From positions 1-52,897 of IMG/VR virus record IMGVR_UViG_3300028887_000069: a stretch of DNA of 52,897 nt. One strand, given 5' to 3'. Both the position numbers and the translations under genes were made by a program. Below, piece by piece: positions 36,520-46,857 of this stretch (positions are counted from its first letter, which is position 1; each line of letters begins with the position of its first letter). The notes under the pieces were generated by a model. That model saw only the letters and a list, made by a program, of their open reading frames with translations. It did no database searches and was not told the origin of the DNA. The stretch comes from a virus. Lineage: Duplodnaviria > Heunggongvirae > Uroviricota > Caudoviricetes.

Positions 36520-37134
36520 ATGTTGACAACAGAAAAAATTAATTCAAATTTCCTTCTTTTTCAAAAGAAACTTGAAAATTACGGTTGCTATTCAGAAGAA
36601 ATGATGAACGACCTCAGTGAGAAAATCAAGAACGCCCCCTACTCAATGAGCGACGAGTATGGCGGATGCTATGACGGTGCCCTCGTGGATGTAACCTTGA
36701 GAGTGCTATGTAACATAGGCTACCAAATCAACGAGTTCGCATTCGGAAAGGCAGGCGTGTCCGACGGAAACTACAAACACCCCTACCTTGCAGTCAACCC
36801 CAACAAACTCATGAGAGTCCTTTTCCTTCTCAATATCGCCAAGGCTGTAATGTTTGTCGATGAGACCGAGGAATGGAAAAAGAAACGTGGGCAGATGTAC
36901 AAATTCCACGACTTTGACACTGCATTGAAACTCGGTGCAAGAACACTTTTCCTCTGTCAGAAATACGGTATCAAACTTGAGGAAGATGAATACGAGGCAA
37001 TCCTTTCAATAGATGATGCCGAGGATAACGGTGCAAGATTCAGGACACCCCTCTACACACTTGTCAAGGCAGCCAAACTTTTCACAATGGTTGAACTGAG
37101 ACAGGAATGGATGAAATCCAGAAACATTTGGTAA
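36520..37134 (+). CDS. Degenerate HD-domain-like protein
   Basis: The pattern GGCYDGALVDVTL...LLNIAK...RTLFLCQKYGIKLEEDEYEAI follows phage HD proteins but lacks the His/Asp ligands. Confidence 0.45.
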   Translation: MLTTEKINSNFLLFQKKLENYGCYSEEMMNDLSEKIKNAPYSMSDEYGGCYDGALVDVTLRVLCNIGYQINEFAFGKAGVSDGNYKHPYLAVNPNKLMRVLFLLNIAKAVMFVDETEEWKKKRGQMYKFHDFDTALKLGARTLFLCQKYGIKLEEDEYEAILSIDDAEDNGARFRTPLYTLVKAAKLFTMVELRQEWMKSRNIW

Positions 37135-37159
37135 CACCGCAGCAAAGGAGGCATAGGAC

Positions 37160-37822
37160 ATGGGATTGTTCAACAAAAAGAAAAACAGTGTCGATTCATT
37201 GAAGGAAGAAATCTCGAATCTTACTTCAAGATTGAAGACTGTTGAATCGAATACCCGATACAACAAGGCTGATATAAACCGATTGTATGGTAAAATCGGT
37301 TCCATAAGCGACGGTAAAAAGACGCTTAAATTTACAAACAAATCACCGAACAAAGACCCGTTCTATGCCAAGAATGAAGACAGCGGGTTTGACATCTGTG
37401 CATGGATTTCAAAAGACCAAAACACAACACCCCAACTTGCGGTAATGCATGACGAGGAGGAAAAGAAAGACTATATAATACTCAAGCCTTTCATTCCGAC
37501 ACTTATCCATACAGGACTGTATTTCGAGTTGCCGAAAAATACCGAACTGCAGGTACGCTCAAGAAGCGGTTGTTCACTTAAACAGGGTTTGATTGTACTC
37601 AACGCCCCAGGCACAGTGGACTGCGGATACAGAAACGAAGTATGTGTCATTGCATACAACACAACACAAGAGTCGTTGATTATCCATAACGGTGACAGAA
37701 TCGCACAAGGTGTCCTTTGTTCTGTTTACAACGAACCTTTAGTCAACCTTACCAAGATAGACAAGATTTCAACAAACACTGACCGTGGCAAAGGCGGTTT
37801 CGGGCATACAGGTGTAAAATAG
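37160..37822 (+). CDS. dut: dUTP diphosphatase (trimeric) with N-terminal coiled-coil extension
   Basis: Motifs SGFDI, RSRSG, GTVDCGYRNE, RIAQG and RGKGGFGHTG. Confidence 0.95.
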   Translation: MGLFNKKKNSVDSLKEEISNLTSRLKTVESNTRYNKADINRLYGKIGSISDGKKTLKFTNKSPNKDPFYAKNEDSGFDICAWISKDQNTTPQLAVMHDEEEKKDYIILKPFIPTLIHTGLYFELPKNTELQVRSRSGCSLKQGLIVLNAPGTVDCGYRNEVCVIAYNTTQESLIIHNGDRIAQGVLCSVYNEPLVNLTKIDKISTNTDRGKGGFGHTGVK

Positions 37823-37829
37823 AAATGTT

Positions 37830-38831
37830 ATGTTGGTTAAAAATAAAGTTCTATATTCCCTTGATGATGTGGCAATAATGCCATGCCAATGTTCAACTGT
37901 AAAACACAGGAACGAATGTAATCCATATGATGAATATGGGAATTTACCTATCTTTACTTCTCCTATGCCTTCCGTTGTCGATGAATCTAACTACACCACC
38001 TTTATCAGAAACAAAATTACACCTATCATACCGAGAACCGTTTCATATGAAAAAAGGTTGGATTACATAGGCAAAGGCATATGGACCGCAGTTTCATTGA
38101 ATGAAGCAGAGGAACTTTTTAATGGGAAATTAAAACTTACATCATTAAACAACCCTAAGAAAATATTGATTGACATTGCAAACGGTAACATGCAACGTCT
38201 ATACAATCTTGTTGTACACACAAAACAAAAATATAGTTTAAATGTCGAACTGATGGTCGGTAACGTTGCTAACCCTGACACTTATATGATGCTGTGTCAG
38301 GCGGGTGCCGACTATGTCCGAGTGTCTGTCGGAAGCGGCGCAGCCTGTTCAACCGCCAAGATGACGGGCGTATTCTATCCATTGGCATCACTCATAGACG
38401 AATGTGCAAACACTAAAATAGGGTTTTTCACCCCCGCCAAAATTGTGGCCGACGGTGGTATATATGAATATCGTGATGCAATCAAATGCCTCGCCTTGGG
38501 TGCCGACTACGTGATGATGGGTAAAAGGCTTTGCGCATGCGAAGACAGCGCAGCCCAATTACAGTCATCGGATGATACCTTTGGTTATAAAAAACTCTAT
38601 TTCGGAATGGCTTCGTCTGAAGGCATGAAACAACTCGGGAAGAGAGGTCAACCCGAAGGCACGTCCATGCTTATTGACGTGAACGGTACAATCAAATCCT
38701 TTGCGGAGGAATTCAAGGGTTATCTCCAATCTGCAATGAGTTATTGCGGGACAACCAAACTAAGTCATTTTACAAACAGTACAACTGTGCATGTTATATC
38801 ACAAAACGCCTCAAAACGTTTTACAATATAA
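37830..38831 (+). CDS. GMP reductase / IMP dehydrogenase family protein (no CBS domains)
   Basis: GADYVRVSVGSGAACST catalytic loop, IVADGGI and ADYVMMG. Confidence 0.9.
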   Translation: MLVKNKVLYSLDDVAIMPCQCSTVKHRNECNPYDEYGNLPIFTSPMPSVVDESNYTTFIRNKITPIIPRTVSYEKRLDYIGKGIWTAVSLNEAEELFNGKLKLTSLNNPKKILIDIANGNMQRLYNLVVHTKQKYSLNVELMVGNVANPDTYMMLCQAGADYVRVSVGSGAACSTAKMTGVFYPLASLIDECANTKIGFFTPAKIVADGGIYEYRDAIKCLALGADYVMMGKRLCACEDSAAQLQSSDDTFGYKKLYFGMASSEGMKQLGKRGQPEGTSMLIDVNGTIKSFAEEFKGYLQSAMSYCGTTKLSHFTNSTTVHVISQNASKRFTI

Positions 38832-38871
38832 GGAAATTCTGTGTTGATATTGCCATAATGTTTTTGATGTG

Positions 38872-38905
38872 GAAATCCGAGATTAATGTCTCGGATTTCT
38901 TTTTT
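38872..38905 (+). terminator. Intrinsic terminator
   Basis: GAAATCCGAGA-loop-TCTCGGATTTC followed by TTTTTT. Confidence 0.85.
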
Positions 38906-38952
38906 GGTATATATTTATAATATATAATAATACAACAAAAACATAAAAAAAC

Positions 38953-39624
38953 ATGACGATATATGATTTTTACACAAACGTGGAGCCTGAAAAGTCAATA
39001 GGTAATTCGTTTATCAGTATCTACAATCAAGCCGACTCCGTTTTTACAAACAACAAGTTTTCACGTCCAATCTCAATGAGACCGGGCATTGTGACAGAAG
39101 GTCTTGGATATGATAAAATATTTAAAGACTTTGAAAAAATGAAAGCAGTATATATTATGACTGAAGATATTCAGGCTGATTTCATTTTAAATGTAGTTGA
39201 TGGTAATTTGTACTTTGAAAAGTTTTATGATGTAAATTCCCCTGATAAAACACGTAAAGAGACCGTCTACTACCTCTATGGAAATGGTACATTGTCAATC
39301 AAGGCTGTCAATTCAGATGATTATCAGTTTGATTCATGGGATACCCGTAGTGGCATTATAACAGAAAACCCAATGAAAATAGTTGTAAATGATGAATGGC
39401 GAGATTATGAAATATATGAAAAGACACTTGCCCCAGGACGTGTTGCTCCTGTTGATATAGACACCAACAACGTACCCGATACATTTTCAGTACAAGGTGA
39501 AGGAAATTATAATGTTGGTGGACAGGCATCCGTAAGTATCGTTCCCAACACAGGTGACGAGCGTATTGACAATGAAGGCAACACTTTCATAGGATGGATT
39601 AACCCAAATGCTGTTTCGGAATAA
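38953..39624 (+). CDS. Protein with divergent InlB B-repeat-like domain(s)
   Basis: YQFDSW...NPMKIVVN; GEGNYNVGGQASVSI...FIGW. Confidence 0.55.
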   Translation: MTIYDFYTNVEPEKSIGNSFISIYNQADSVFTNNKFSRPISMRPGIVTEGLGYDKIFKDFEKMKAVYIMTEDIQADFILNVVDGNLYFEKFYDVNSPDKTRKETVYYLYGNGTLSIKAVNSDDYQFDSWDTRSGIITENPMKIVVNDEWRDYEIYEKTLAPGRVAPVDIDTNNVPDTFSVQGEGNYNVGGQASVSIVPNTGDERIDNEGNTFIGWINPNAVSE

Positions 39625-39676
39625 CATAAGTTCACATTAACGAATAACAAAAATAAAATAAAAAAATCAATAAAAA

Positions 39677-40549
39677 ATGGATAAACTTACAGACATATCA
39701 TTTGACACCAAATATAGTTTTATTGTCCCCGAAGGTGGCACCACAGTTAAACCTGTTATAGCATCTCCTGATGAACATTATTGGATGATTGAAACAAACA
39801 AGCCCAATTCCATTCTCGGTGTTGTTGAGTCAAGTGAATATACTATTTCATCAAACGGAGATAAAGCCTTCGGTAAATTCGACAGTGAATACATGGAAAA
39901 CACCAATATAGTATTATCTGAAGGTATAACAGATAAAAACGTAGAGACACATTATTTTGAAGTTGATGGTTATACGGTGGATTATAAAGAAGGGGTGGGT
40001 GTAACTATAGGAGGAACTTCTACAAGAACCCACGCTTGGTTCAAAGTTACTTATCCTGAAATGACAACAGTTAGACTTGCAGGTAACCCCGCAGATTCAT
40101 ATTATGAATTAACGATTAATAGAGAACCTATGACCGAGATAACCGTACCCGTAGGAACTCAATTAATAATTGGAATTAAATATAAAGAAGGATATGAAGT
40201 AATTAATTGGACAGATAATAACGGACATGTTGTATCAGAAAAAACGGAATTTGCATATATCGTTGAATCCAATGAAGATGTGACATTGACTGCCAACTTG
40301 GGTGAATTAGTAGAAATAAACATAGAGTTTGATGAAGGTATCAAAGGAATAATTATTAATGGAGTAGAAACTGATAATACAACAGTTCCTGTTGGCAGTA
40401 CAGTAACCTTACATGCGGATGCAAGAGAAGGATACATGTTCAAAGCTTGGGTAGATAAAACAAGAGGAGCAAAATTAAGTGGGAATCAAACGTATACATT
40501 TACTATTGAAGAATCAATAACGATAGAAGCAATTAGTAACTCAATCTAA
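39677..40549 (+). CDS. Protein with divergent InlB B-repeat-like domains
   Basis: GYEVINW...EFAYIV...VTLTA and VTLHADAREGYMFKAW...YTFTI...ITIEA. Confidence 0.65.
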   Translation: MDKLTDISFDTKYSFIVPEGGTTVKPVIASPDEHYWMIETNKPNSILGVVESSEYTISSNGDKAFGKFDSEYMENTNIVLSEGITDKNVETHYFEVDGYTVDYKEGVGVTIGGTSTRTHAWFKVTYPEMTTVRLAGNPADSYYELTINREPMTEITVPVGTQLIIGIKYKEGYEVINWTDNNGHVVSEKTEFAYIVESNEDVTLTANLGELVEINIEFDEGIKGIIINGVETDNTTVPVGSTVTLHADAREGYMFKAWVDKTRGAKLSGNQTYTFTIEESITIEAISNSI

Positions 40550-40582
40550 GAATAATAATGAGTTGGTTTTTATGTAGCACAT

Positions 40583-40616
40583 AAAACGCACCCCACTTAA
40601 AACGGGTGCGTTTTTT
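40583..40616. terminator. Bidirectional intrinsic terminator
   Basis: AAAACGCACCC-loop-GGGTGCGTTTT between convergent genes. Confidence 0.8.
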
Positions 40617-42303
40617 ATTCATGTTTCCATACATATTTGACCAACCCACAGTCCCATATTCTGTCATACCCAAGTTCACGTGCCATTTCCCACTCAGTCA
40701 TTTCCTTCGGAAAACCATACTTCTTGATAAGTTTGTCTTTCACAAACAACATTTTATGTACCCTCTTGTATCTGTCAACCCTTTCATTGTAATATCTATA
40801 GTCAGGTCTTCCTATTTTGTCTATAATAAACCCCAATTTGGTATATAGATTGGTATGTATATCAACAGTCCACCTTCTGTCCGCAAATGATATAACCTTG
40901 TCGGGATTAATGTCCTTGATAAACCTTTTGAACAGTTTTCCACCAACACCACGACAAACATAATGGTAGTCGCTTGCAAACCTTGTCAGTTCCCAATCTT
41001 TACTTTTGACATTACCATTCTTGAAACTCATCACAGCAATAAGTCTGCCTTCGTGAAAACAGCCATAATATATGGTTGACCTTGAGTATCCCTGTATATG
41101 GTATCTGTCAAGGAATTGTTCCGCCTCGTGTTTCAATATTTCCCTTACTTCACATTCCCTTGCATTTATCTTCTCTTTTTCTTCATCAATACCGACAATA
41201 TGTGACAATTTTGCATAGACAAGTTCCTGCTTGTTTACATATTCATCCTCAAAGATATGAATTAGTCCGTATCCATGCTTGTTACAAGTTTCAGTCTTGT
41301 CAAGATGATAGGTGTGCGATTTCTTGCCAAAGAACTCCGTATGGAATTTTAAACCATCAAATTAAATCCCGATTTTCCTGTCGGGAATAAGTATATCAAT
41401 TTCCTTTCCATCCAAAATTTGACGGTTTGTCTCAAACGCTATTCCATGTTCTTCTAAAAAAGATTGAATTTCCCGTTCGTATTTTGAGATAAATCTGTTT
41501 TTGGAAACTGTTAGATTACATTTCTTTTGGGCTTCTTTTGTCTGTTCTAACAATTTGTTTGACAATAATTGTATATTTGGAAAGTTTTTTCTGAAATCAG
41601 TCCATTCTAAACCATGTATTTTTTTCATGTGTACTTCGGTTAGTTTCTCGAAACGTTCCCCACATAAAGGACATATGACATAGTTACCTTCTTTCCTAAG
41701 TTTTTTATCCCTCTCTTTCTTTGCTGCAAATTTAGTGAAATAATCCAAATCCTCAGGATGCTTCTCTGTATGTTCTTCGACTGTCAGATTGTGTTCTTTA
41801 AGCAGATGCGTGGCAAACATTCCGCTTTTGTTGTCCAAATCAACAGTCTCCCATTCACAATAAGGGCATTTCTTTGTTTCACTTTTATCAATGGTCTCTA
41901 TCGTGAACCACTGTTCCCACCAATAATTACCCGTTCTCATATAATACATCCTTCTGTCATACAAAGTCGGTATCTTTATTGAATAGGTCTTGTTTATATA
42001 TGTGGTCAAAACTCCTCCCCTGTTGTCAACATCGAATGTTGAAAAACCCGTCTTTTTATCCACGGCAACATATTTCTTTCCCTCTATGACAGGATATTTC
42101 TCAATTCTCCAATCACTCACAACAAAGGTTTCTTTCAACTGCTGACCACCACGTTTCTTTATCCCAATACCATTCCTTACAAGTATTTCCTTTATTTTCT
42201 TCTTGCCAACATGGTATTTCAACGCCATCGCCTCTACACCGATTTCGGTTTCGGTGTATTCATTGCAAATCATTTTTTCATCAAGAACATTTTTGTTTTT
42301 CAT
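40615..42303 (-). pseudogene. Free-standing PD-(D/E)xK/Vsr-like putative homing endonuclease with one in-frame nonsense codon
   Basis: The frame reads ...EIDILIPDRKIGI*FDGLKFH...YHLDKT...LIHIFEDE...LSHIVG. TAA at 41362-41364 replaces the expected Glu. N-terminal C2H2-like fingers (CPYC...HLLKEH, CPLC...HMKKIH). Confidence 0.8.
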
Positions 42304-42451
42304 AATTTATTGCTTTTATATCCTAATACAAATATACTATTTTTCCCTTAAATATAAATAGTGCGTAATCCATTTGTTTTCGACCCAAAACAAGGTTTAT
42401 GTACAGAACTTTTCAACAAGCCTCGGAAAATAGGTGCTGAAAAGTACAAAT

Positions 42452-42482
42452 AAAAAACCCTCCAAGTTTCCTTAGAGGGTTT
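42452..42482 (-). terminator. Terminator downstream of the major capsid gene
   Basis: AAACCCTC-loop-GAGGGTTT with an A tract (T tract on the minus strand). Confidence 0.7.
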
Positions 42483-42513
42483 GGGAGTTACTTCGTAACT
42501 AACTGATTTACAA

Positions 42514-44466
42514 TTAGCGAAGTTCGTTTGGATTCCAATGTACGAGACCATCTACACGGATTGCACCGTAGAACTTGTTGTTGACAAGTTTCTTCGCATA
42601 TCGTGTGCAAATACCCTTCACAGGGGCAAAGTTAAACGGATTGTACATAGTTGGGGTCAATGCCATAGGAATATACGGTGCGTATATGTAACCTGTGTCA
42701 AGGAGTGAGGTGCCGTGGTGACCCATGATGAGGCTCCAGTGAGGTGCATACGGGTCAACGATTACCTGATAACGACCTTGGAGGCTACCGATTTTCTCGA
42801 TACCCATGTTGTACTGGTCTGACTCAGCCGAAGCGTCGGTCACGTGGAAGTACTCGAGGTCATTGAGAACAGCGCTGATTTCAGCAGACACAACGATGAA
42901 GTTTGCACCGCCACGGAGTGTCGATTTCTGAATCTGAGCCGAAATCTGATTGATTTTGGTCATGAGGGTCTGGTTCCAGTCTTTCTGTGTGTAAACAGTA
43001 GAGAGGGTGCCGAGTCTCTGCCAACCGTTGTAGTCCCAACGAGCCTGCCAAGGAGCAGCCTTACGGAGGTCACGAAGGATTTCACGGTCGATTTCAGCAG
43101 CAATCTGCTCTGAAAGGATAGCGGTCAATTCAGCCTCAGCGTCGATGTTGTGGAAAGCACTGACGTCCTGAGCGAGTTCAGGTGACCATGTTGCACGGAG
43201 TTTACGCTCCTCAACGCTAACGGTAACTGAAGCGAGCTGGAAGCTAACCTCACCCATTTCGGTCTCGAGTTCGAGACTGTCGTATGAAGCCCAAACGATT
43301 TGGAACAGGTCGTTAACATTGCCCGAACCGCTACCAGTAAGAGTGAGCTGGTCGGGGTCAACACCGATGTAACCATTGGTGGTTGTACCTTGTTTCCTAA
43401 CAGGTTTGGTAAGGTCGAGTTCGATAAGCATCTCACCGTCACCGGTGCAGATGTCACCGTAGTGAACTATACCCTGAGCGTATTTCTGAGTAACAACTCT
43501 GAAAGGAATGCTCTCGTTAGCAGCGAATGTTGAGAAGTTTTCACCACCTTCGATTTTCTCTTTGTTGATGACCTTCATTGAAGCCAAGAAAGCCTCGGTG
43601 TCCATCTCGTTGCCGTCAGGACCAGTGATACGACCTGCGTTGAAGTTGCTGAAGCCTTTAACTTTAAGCATGAGGCTTGAAACTGAACCGTCGAGTGCAC
43701 TGATAACAGGGGTGTCGATAGGAACAACATCACCCATTGCATTCAGTTTTACAGGGAAAGCGCTACCAACCTTGATGGTGATTTTACCCTTACTGTTGTC
43801 GAACAGGAAGTCGTTGTAGAAGAGGTCATAGAGAGTTTTCTTCATGTACTGAGTAACCTCAGGTTTTACACGACCGTAAGAAACGATAGTGCCATTTTTC
43901 TTGGCTGTGATGGCTTCTTCCTCAGTGTCGTAATCATGGGCAACTCCGTCAGCGTCGTAGCCAACCCAACCGCCTTCAACTGCGTTCACAACCTCATCGG
44001 GGAGGTAGTAACGGTTGTTCTGAACACCATTCTGGTTTCTGTCCTGTCTCTCGTAACCCATAAGACCGTGATGACGTCCGGTGTCACCTGCAGTGAGGCC
44101 ATTCTCGGCGTCTTTGAAATCCCATTCGCGTTCGCTTGTAACGGGCTTGATGAAGAACAGTTTTCCGATAGGAAGATTCATAGCCTGCACCGATACGATG
44201 TCGTTAGCAAGAAGCTTGCTGAACACACGACGGATGAGGGGGAACACAACAGTTTCGAAAGAACCGCTGTTGTCGGCTGCTGTAGCCTCATAGATGAGGT
44301 GTTTAGCCTGGTTCTCATAAAGAGTTGAAACGGTTTCTTTAAGGTGACCGTCAAGACCTTCTACCAAACCGAGGTTATCCCAACGTTTCTGGATGTCCTC
44401 GCGAATTTTCTTTTGTGCGTTGAGTTCAATATTACCAACTGCACCGCTTGTGAGTATATCTCTCAT
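42514..44466 (-). CDS. gp23: Major capsid protein (T4 gp23-like, 650 aa)
   Basis: VSVQAMNLPIGKLF, RKLRATWSPELAQDV, EIDREI, YAPYIP, F.PVKGICTRYA. Confidence 0.97.
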   Translation of the reverse strand: MRDILTSGAVGNIELNAQKKIREDIQKRWDNLGLVEGLDGHLKETVSTLYENQAKHLIYEATAADNSGSFETVVFPLIRRVFSKLLANDIVSVQAMNLPIGKLFFIKPVTSEREWDFKDAENGLTAGDTGRHHGLMGYERQDRNQNGVQNNRYYLPDEVVNAVEGGWVGYDADGVAHDYDTEEEAITAKKNGTIVSYGRVKPEVTQYMKKTLYDLFYNDFLFDNSKGKITIKVGSAFPVKLNAMGDVVPIDTPVISALDGSVSSLMLKVKGFSNFNAGRITGPDGNEMDTEAFLASMKVINKEKIEGGENFSTFAANESIPFRVVTQKYAQGIVHYGDICTGDGEMLIELDLTKPVRKQGTTTNGYIGVDPDQLTLTGSGSGNVNDLFQIVWASYDSLELETEMGEVSFQLASVTVSVEERKLRATWSPELAQDVSAFHNIDAEAELTAILSEQIAAEIDREILRDLRKAAPWQARWDYNGWQRLGTLSTVYTQKDWNQTLMTKINQISAQIQKSTLRGGANFIVVSAEISAVLNDLEYFHVTDASAESDQYNMGIEKIGSLQGRYQVIVDPYAPHWSLIMGHHGTSLLDTGYIYAPYIPMALTPTMYNPFNFAPVKGICTRYAKKLVNNKFYGAIRVDGLVHWNPNELR

Positions 44467-44532
44467 TGTTTTATTTGTTTTTTTGTTTTATTATTAATTA
44501 TAAATATCGCCAAATTTTCAAAAGTGACCTAA

Positions 44533-45927
44533 TTACTTGATTGCATTGAGCCTTTTCATGAAATCGATGGTCTCGTTCAACGATTCCGACTTCATCATGG
44601 AAGTCTCGACAATCTTGTTCTTGTTACCGTTGTTCTTAGCCTCAGTTATCTGATTGTTAATGAGATTTGAGGTATTGTTCACGCTGTGAGCACCTTTCAG
44701 TTCCCTTGAGATTGTCTCATAGAGGGCGTTGCTTTCCTCTCTTGTCTTAACCTGATTGAATCTTTCAAGGATGTTAAGTTTCTCGTTGCGTGTGGTTGTG
44801 TTCTCGGTAACGAGGTTGATGACCTTTGCAAGGCTGTTGTTGATTACGACTGCTCTCTCAATTTCTTCCTTGAGTTGTTTTGCAATCTCTTTCAACTGTT
44901 TGTTCTCGTTGAAGATTGATTCGGCTTTGCGTCTGAAGTTAGCCATCTCTCTGCTTTCGTTGGTGAGGTTTTCTTCGTGTGCACCGTCACCTGATTTATG
45001 CGAGTGTCTGTCAGATGCCTCTTTGGAGTGGTTAGAGTCGCCAACCATACCTTTTACACGGGAACCGCCTCCAACAGAGGTGTTTTCCTCAACGGGAATA
45101 TCTTCACCCGTTTCGATTTCGAAGATGGTTTCTTCTTCATTGCATTCGCAAGGATTCTTGCCGCACATTCCACATTCGTTGACTTCCTTGTCGAAAGGAG
45201 CCATGTCGCCCTTGTTTCCAACCCAAGGTTTCTCGGTTCCTGTAGGAACACCGTCGTCCCAAGTGTTGACGTGTTTACCAGGTTCATTGTTCGAAGGTGT
45301 TGTCATAGCGGTCTTGTTCTGATAGTTGTCGGTGTATCCAAGGTCTTCCTCGTTGACGATGTCGATTTCGGCGCTGTCGCCACCTTCCATTGAATCTTCA
45401 ATGTCGATGACATACTCCTTGTCGGTTTCGTCGTCGGTAAGCGTCAGGGTGCCGTTGTCATTCTTCACAACACGGACATTGTCCTCAGGACCCATGGCTT
45501 TAAAAACCTTGATAACGTCTTCGCTACCCATTCCTGTCAAGTCATACTCGTCGTCCTCGCCTTTGTACTGCTCCAAGTCATCCCACATGCCTTCACCATC
45601 AGTTATTTCGGTGTCGACAGTTTCGTCACTAACGGTGTCGTCGCCATCGGTCACAGTTTCACTGCTTTCGGTGTCCACGGTTTCAGTGGAATCTTCGGGA
45701 TTCGCATCAACAGTCACGTCGGTTGTGGCGTCGGTGTTGACTTCATCTTCTTCAAAATCCTTGTCGTCTGCCTCATTCAAAATACCTCTCAACTGCTCGT
45801 TGACGGTGTCTTCAAGAAGTGTACGGAGCGAATCCTTTGTAGTCTTCGCTAACTGCTCACTAAGAGACTCCTTATCAGCCATAAGGTCTTTGATGTATTG
45901 GCTTCTAATGTTATTTTTCTTTGACAT
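44533..45927 (-). CDS. Prohead scaffold/core protein (gp22-like)
   Basis: Very acidic coiled-coil protein between the protease and MCP genes; ends ETIDFMKRLNAIK. Confidence 0.75.
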   Translation of the reverse strand: MSKKNNIRSQYIKDLMADKESLSEQLAKTTKDSLRTLLEDTVNEQLRGILNEADDKDFEEDEVNTDATTDVTVDANPEDSTETVDTESSETVTDGDDTVSDETVDTEITDGEGMWDDLEQYKGEDDEYDLTGMGSEDVIKVFKAMGPEDNVRVVKNDNGTLTLTDDETDKEYVIDIEDSMEGGDSAEIDIVNEEDLGYTDNYQNKTAMTTPSNNEPGKHVNTWDDGVPTGTEKPWVGNKGDMAPFDKEVNECGMCGKNPCECNEEETIFEIETGEDIPVEENTSVGGGSRVKGMVGDSNHSKEASDRHSHKSGDGAHEENLTNESREMANFRRKAESIFNENKQLKEIAKQLKEEIERAVVINNSLAKVINLVTENTTTRNEKLNILERFNQVKTREESNALYETISRELKGAHSVNNTSNLINNQITEAKNNGNKNKIVETSMMKSESLNETIDFMKRLNAIK

Positions 45928-46006
45928 TTTGAAAAGTAATTATTTTCTTATTTTAAATATAAATATCGTGCTTTTCGAAAAAGTGTTCTAAATCACTGAT
46001 TTTTTA

Positions 46007-46765
46007 TTATCGCATGTTCGCTAAATAATCTCTTTTTGCGTCTGCAATGTCGTCGGGGTCGGGTTCATCATAGTCCATCTCGGGATTTGCATCCTCCAAC
46101 CACGAGTCAAAATCGTTGTCCACAACCTGTCTTATGTGTTCGTCAGGTATGGACGCAATAGCCTTTTTAACATTTCTGACATCGTATTTGTCGGGTTCAC
46201 TCCAACACTCTCTTGGTGTATTCCACCCGTCACCGTCACATTCCTCGGTGAAATTTATTGTGAAACTCTCGGGAAAATTATCACACAGCCATTCCATTTC
46301 CTCTTCTGAGAGTTCTTCGTTGTACATGCCTGGTTCATATTCGAGACTGCCACACCTAGGATAATCACGACTTTCGTTCAATGCCGTGTTGTCATATGAA
46401 AGTATGCAGTCATTCTCAACGGAATCATGTTTGTCCAAAACCCTGTACTTGGCTTCGCAATACTCTTGGTTGTTTGCAAGGTTTTCAAAAGCCTCTTTAT
46501 CCACCTTGATAGCCACAGGTGTTCTTCCAACGTAGCCTGCAAGCATACGGGTGTTTTCGTCATAGTCTATGCTGTTGGGATAGTCAACGTCCAAATAAAA
46601 CGAGCCTGTCCTTGTTTGGATTATGAAACGCTTGGGTTTCTTGTTTTCTTCGAATTCGCCCTCAAACGCTTCTCTGATATATTCCTTGATTATTTTTTTC
46701 AAACTGCCGTTGGTAGAAATTTTCTTTTGTTCGGCAATTATTCTGACAATATCCTCTTTTTTCAT
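46007..46765 (-). CDS. Hypothetical two-module protein with LxE tags
   Basis: LKKIIKEYIREAFE, then ALNES before the second module; located in the head module. Confidence 0.75.
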   Translation of the reverse strand: MKKEDIVRIIAEQKKISTNGSLKKIIKEYIREAFEGEFEENKKPKRFIIQTRTGSFYLDVDYPNSIDYDENTRMLAGYVGRTPVAIKVDKEAFENLANNQEYCEAKYRVLDKHDSVENDCILSYDNTALNESRDYPRCGSLEYEPGMYNEELSEEEMEWLCDNFPESFTINFTEECDGDGWNTPRECWSEPDKYDVRNVKKAIASIPDEHIRQVVDNDFDSWLEDANPEMDYDEPDPDDIADAKRDYLANMR

Positions 46766-46804
46766 ATAGAAATAGTATTTTAATTATAAATATGTGTATA
46801 AAAT

Positions 46805-46835
46805 AAAAAAAGAGACCTGTTTCCAAGTCTCTTTT
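46805..46835 (-). terminator. Intrinsic terminator
   Basis: AAAAGAGAC-loop-GTCTCTTTT. Confidence 0.7.
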
Positions 46836-46857
46836 AATATTTAGCCTTTTTTATCTC

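Noticed and set aside
42348-42551. 67-aa ORF or ncRNA between the capsid gene and the endonuclease
   Set aside because: The ORF overlaps the MCP end and its terminator. The small hairpins at about 42370-42445 are weak and not distinctive.
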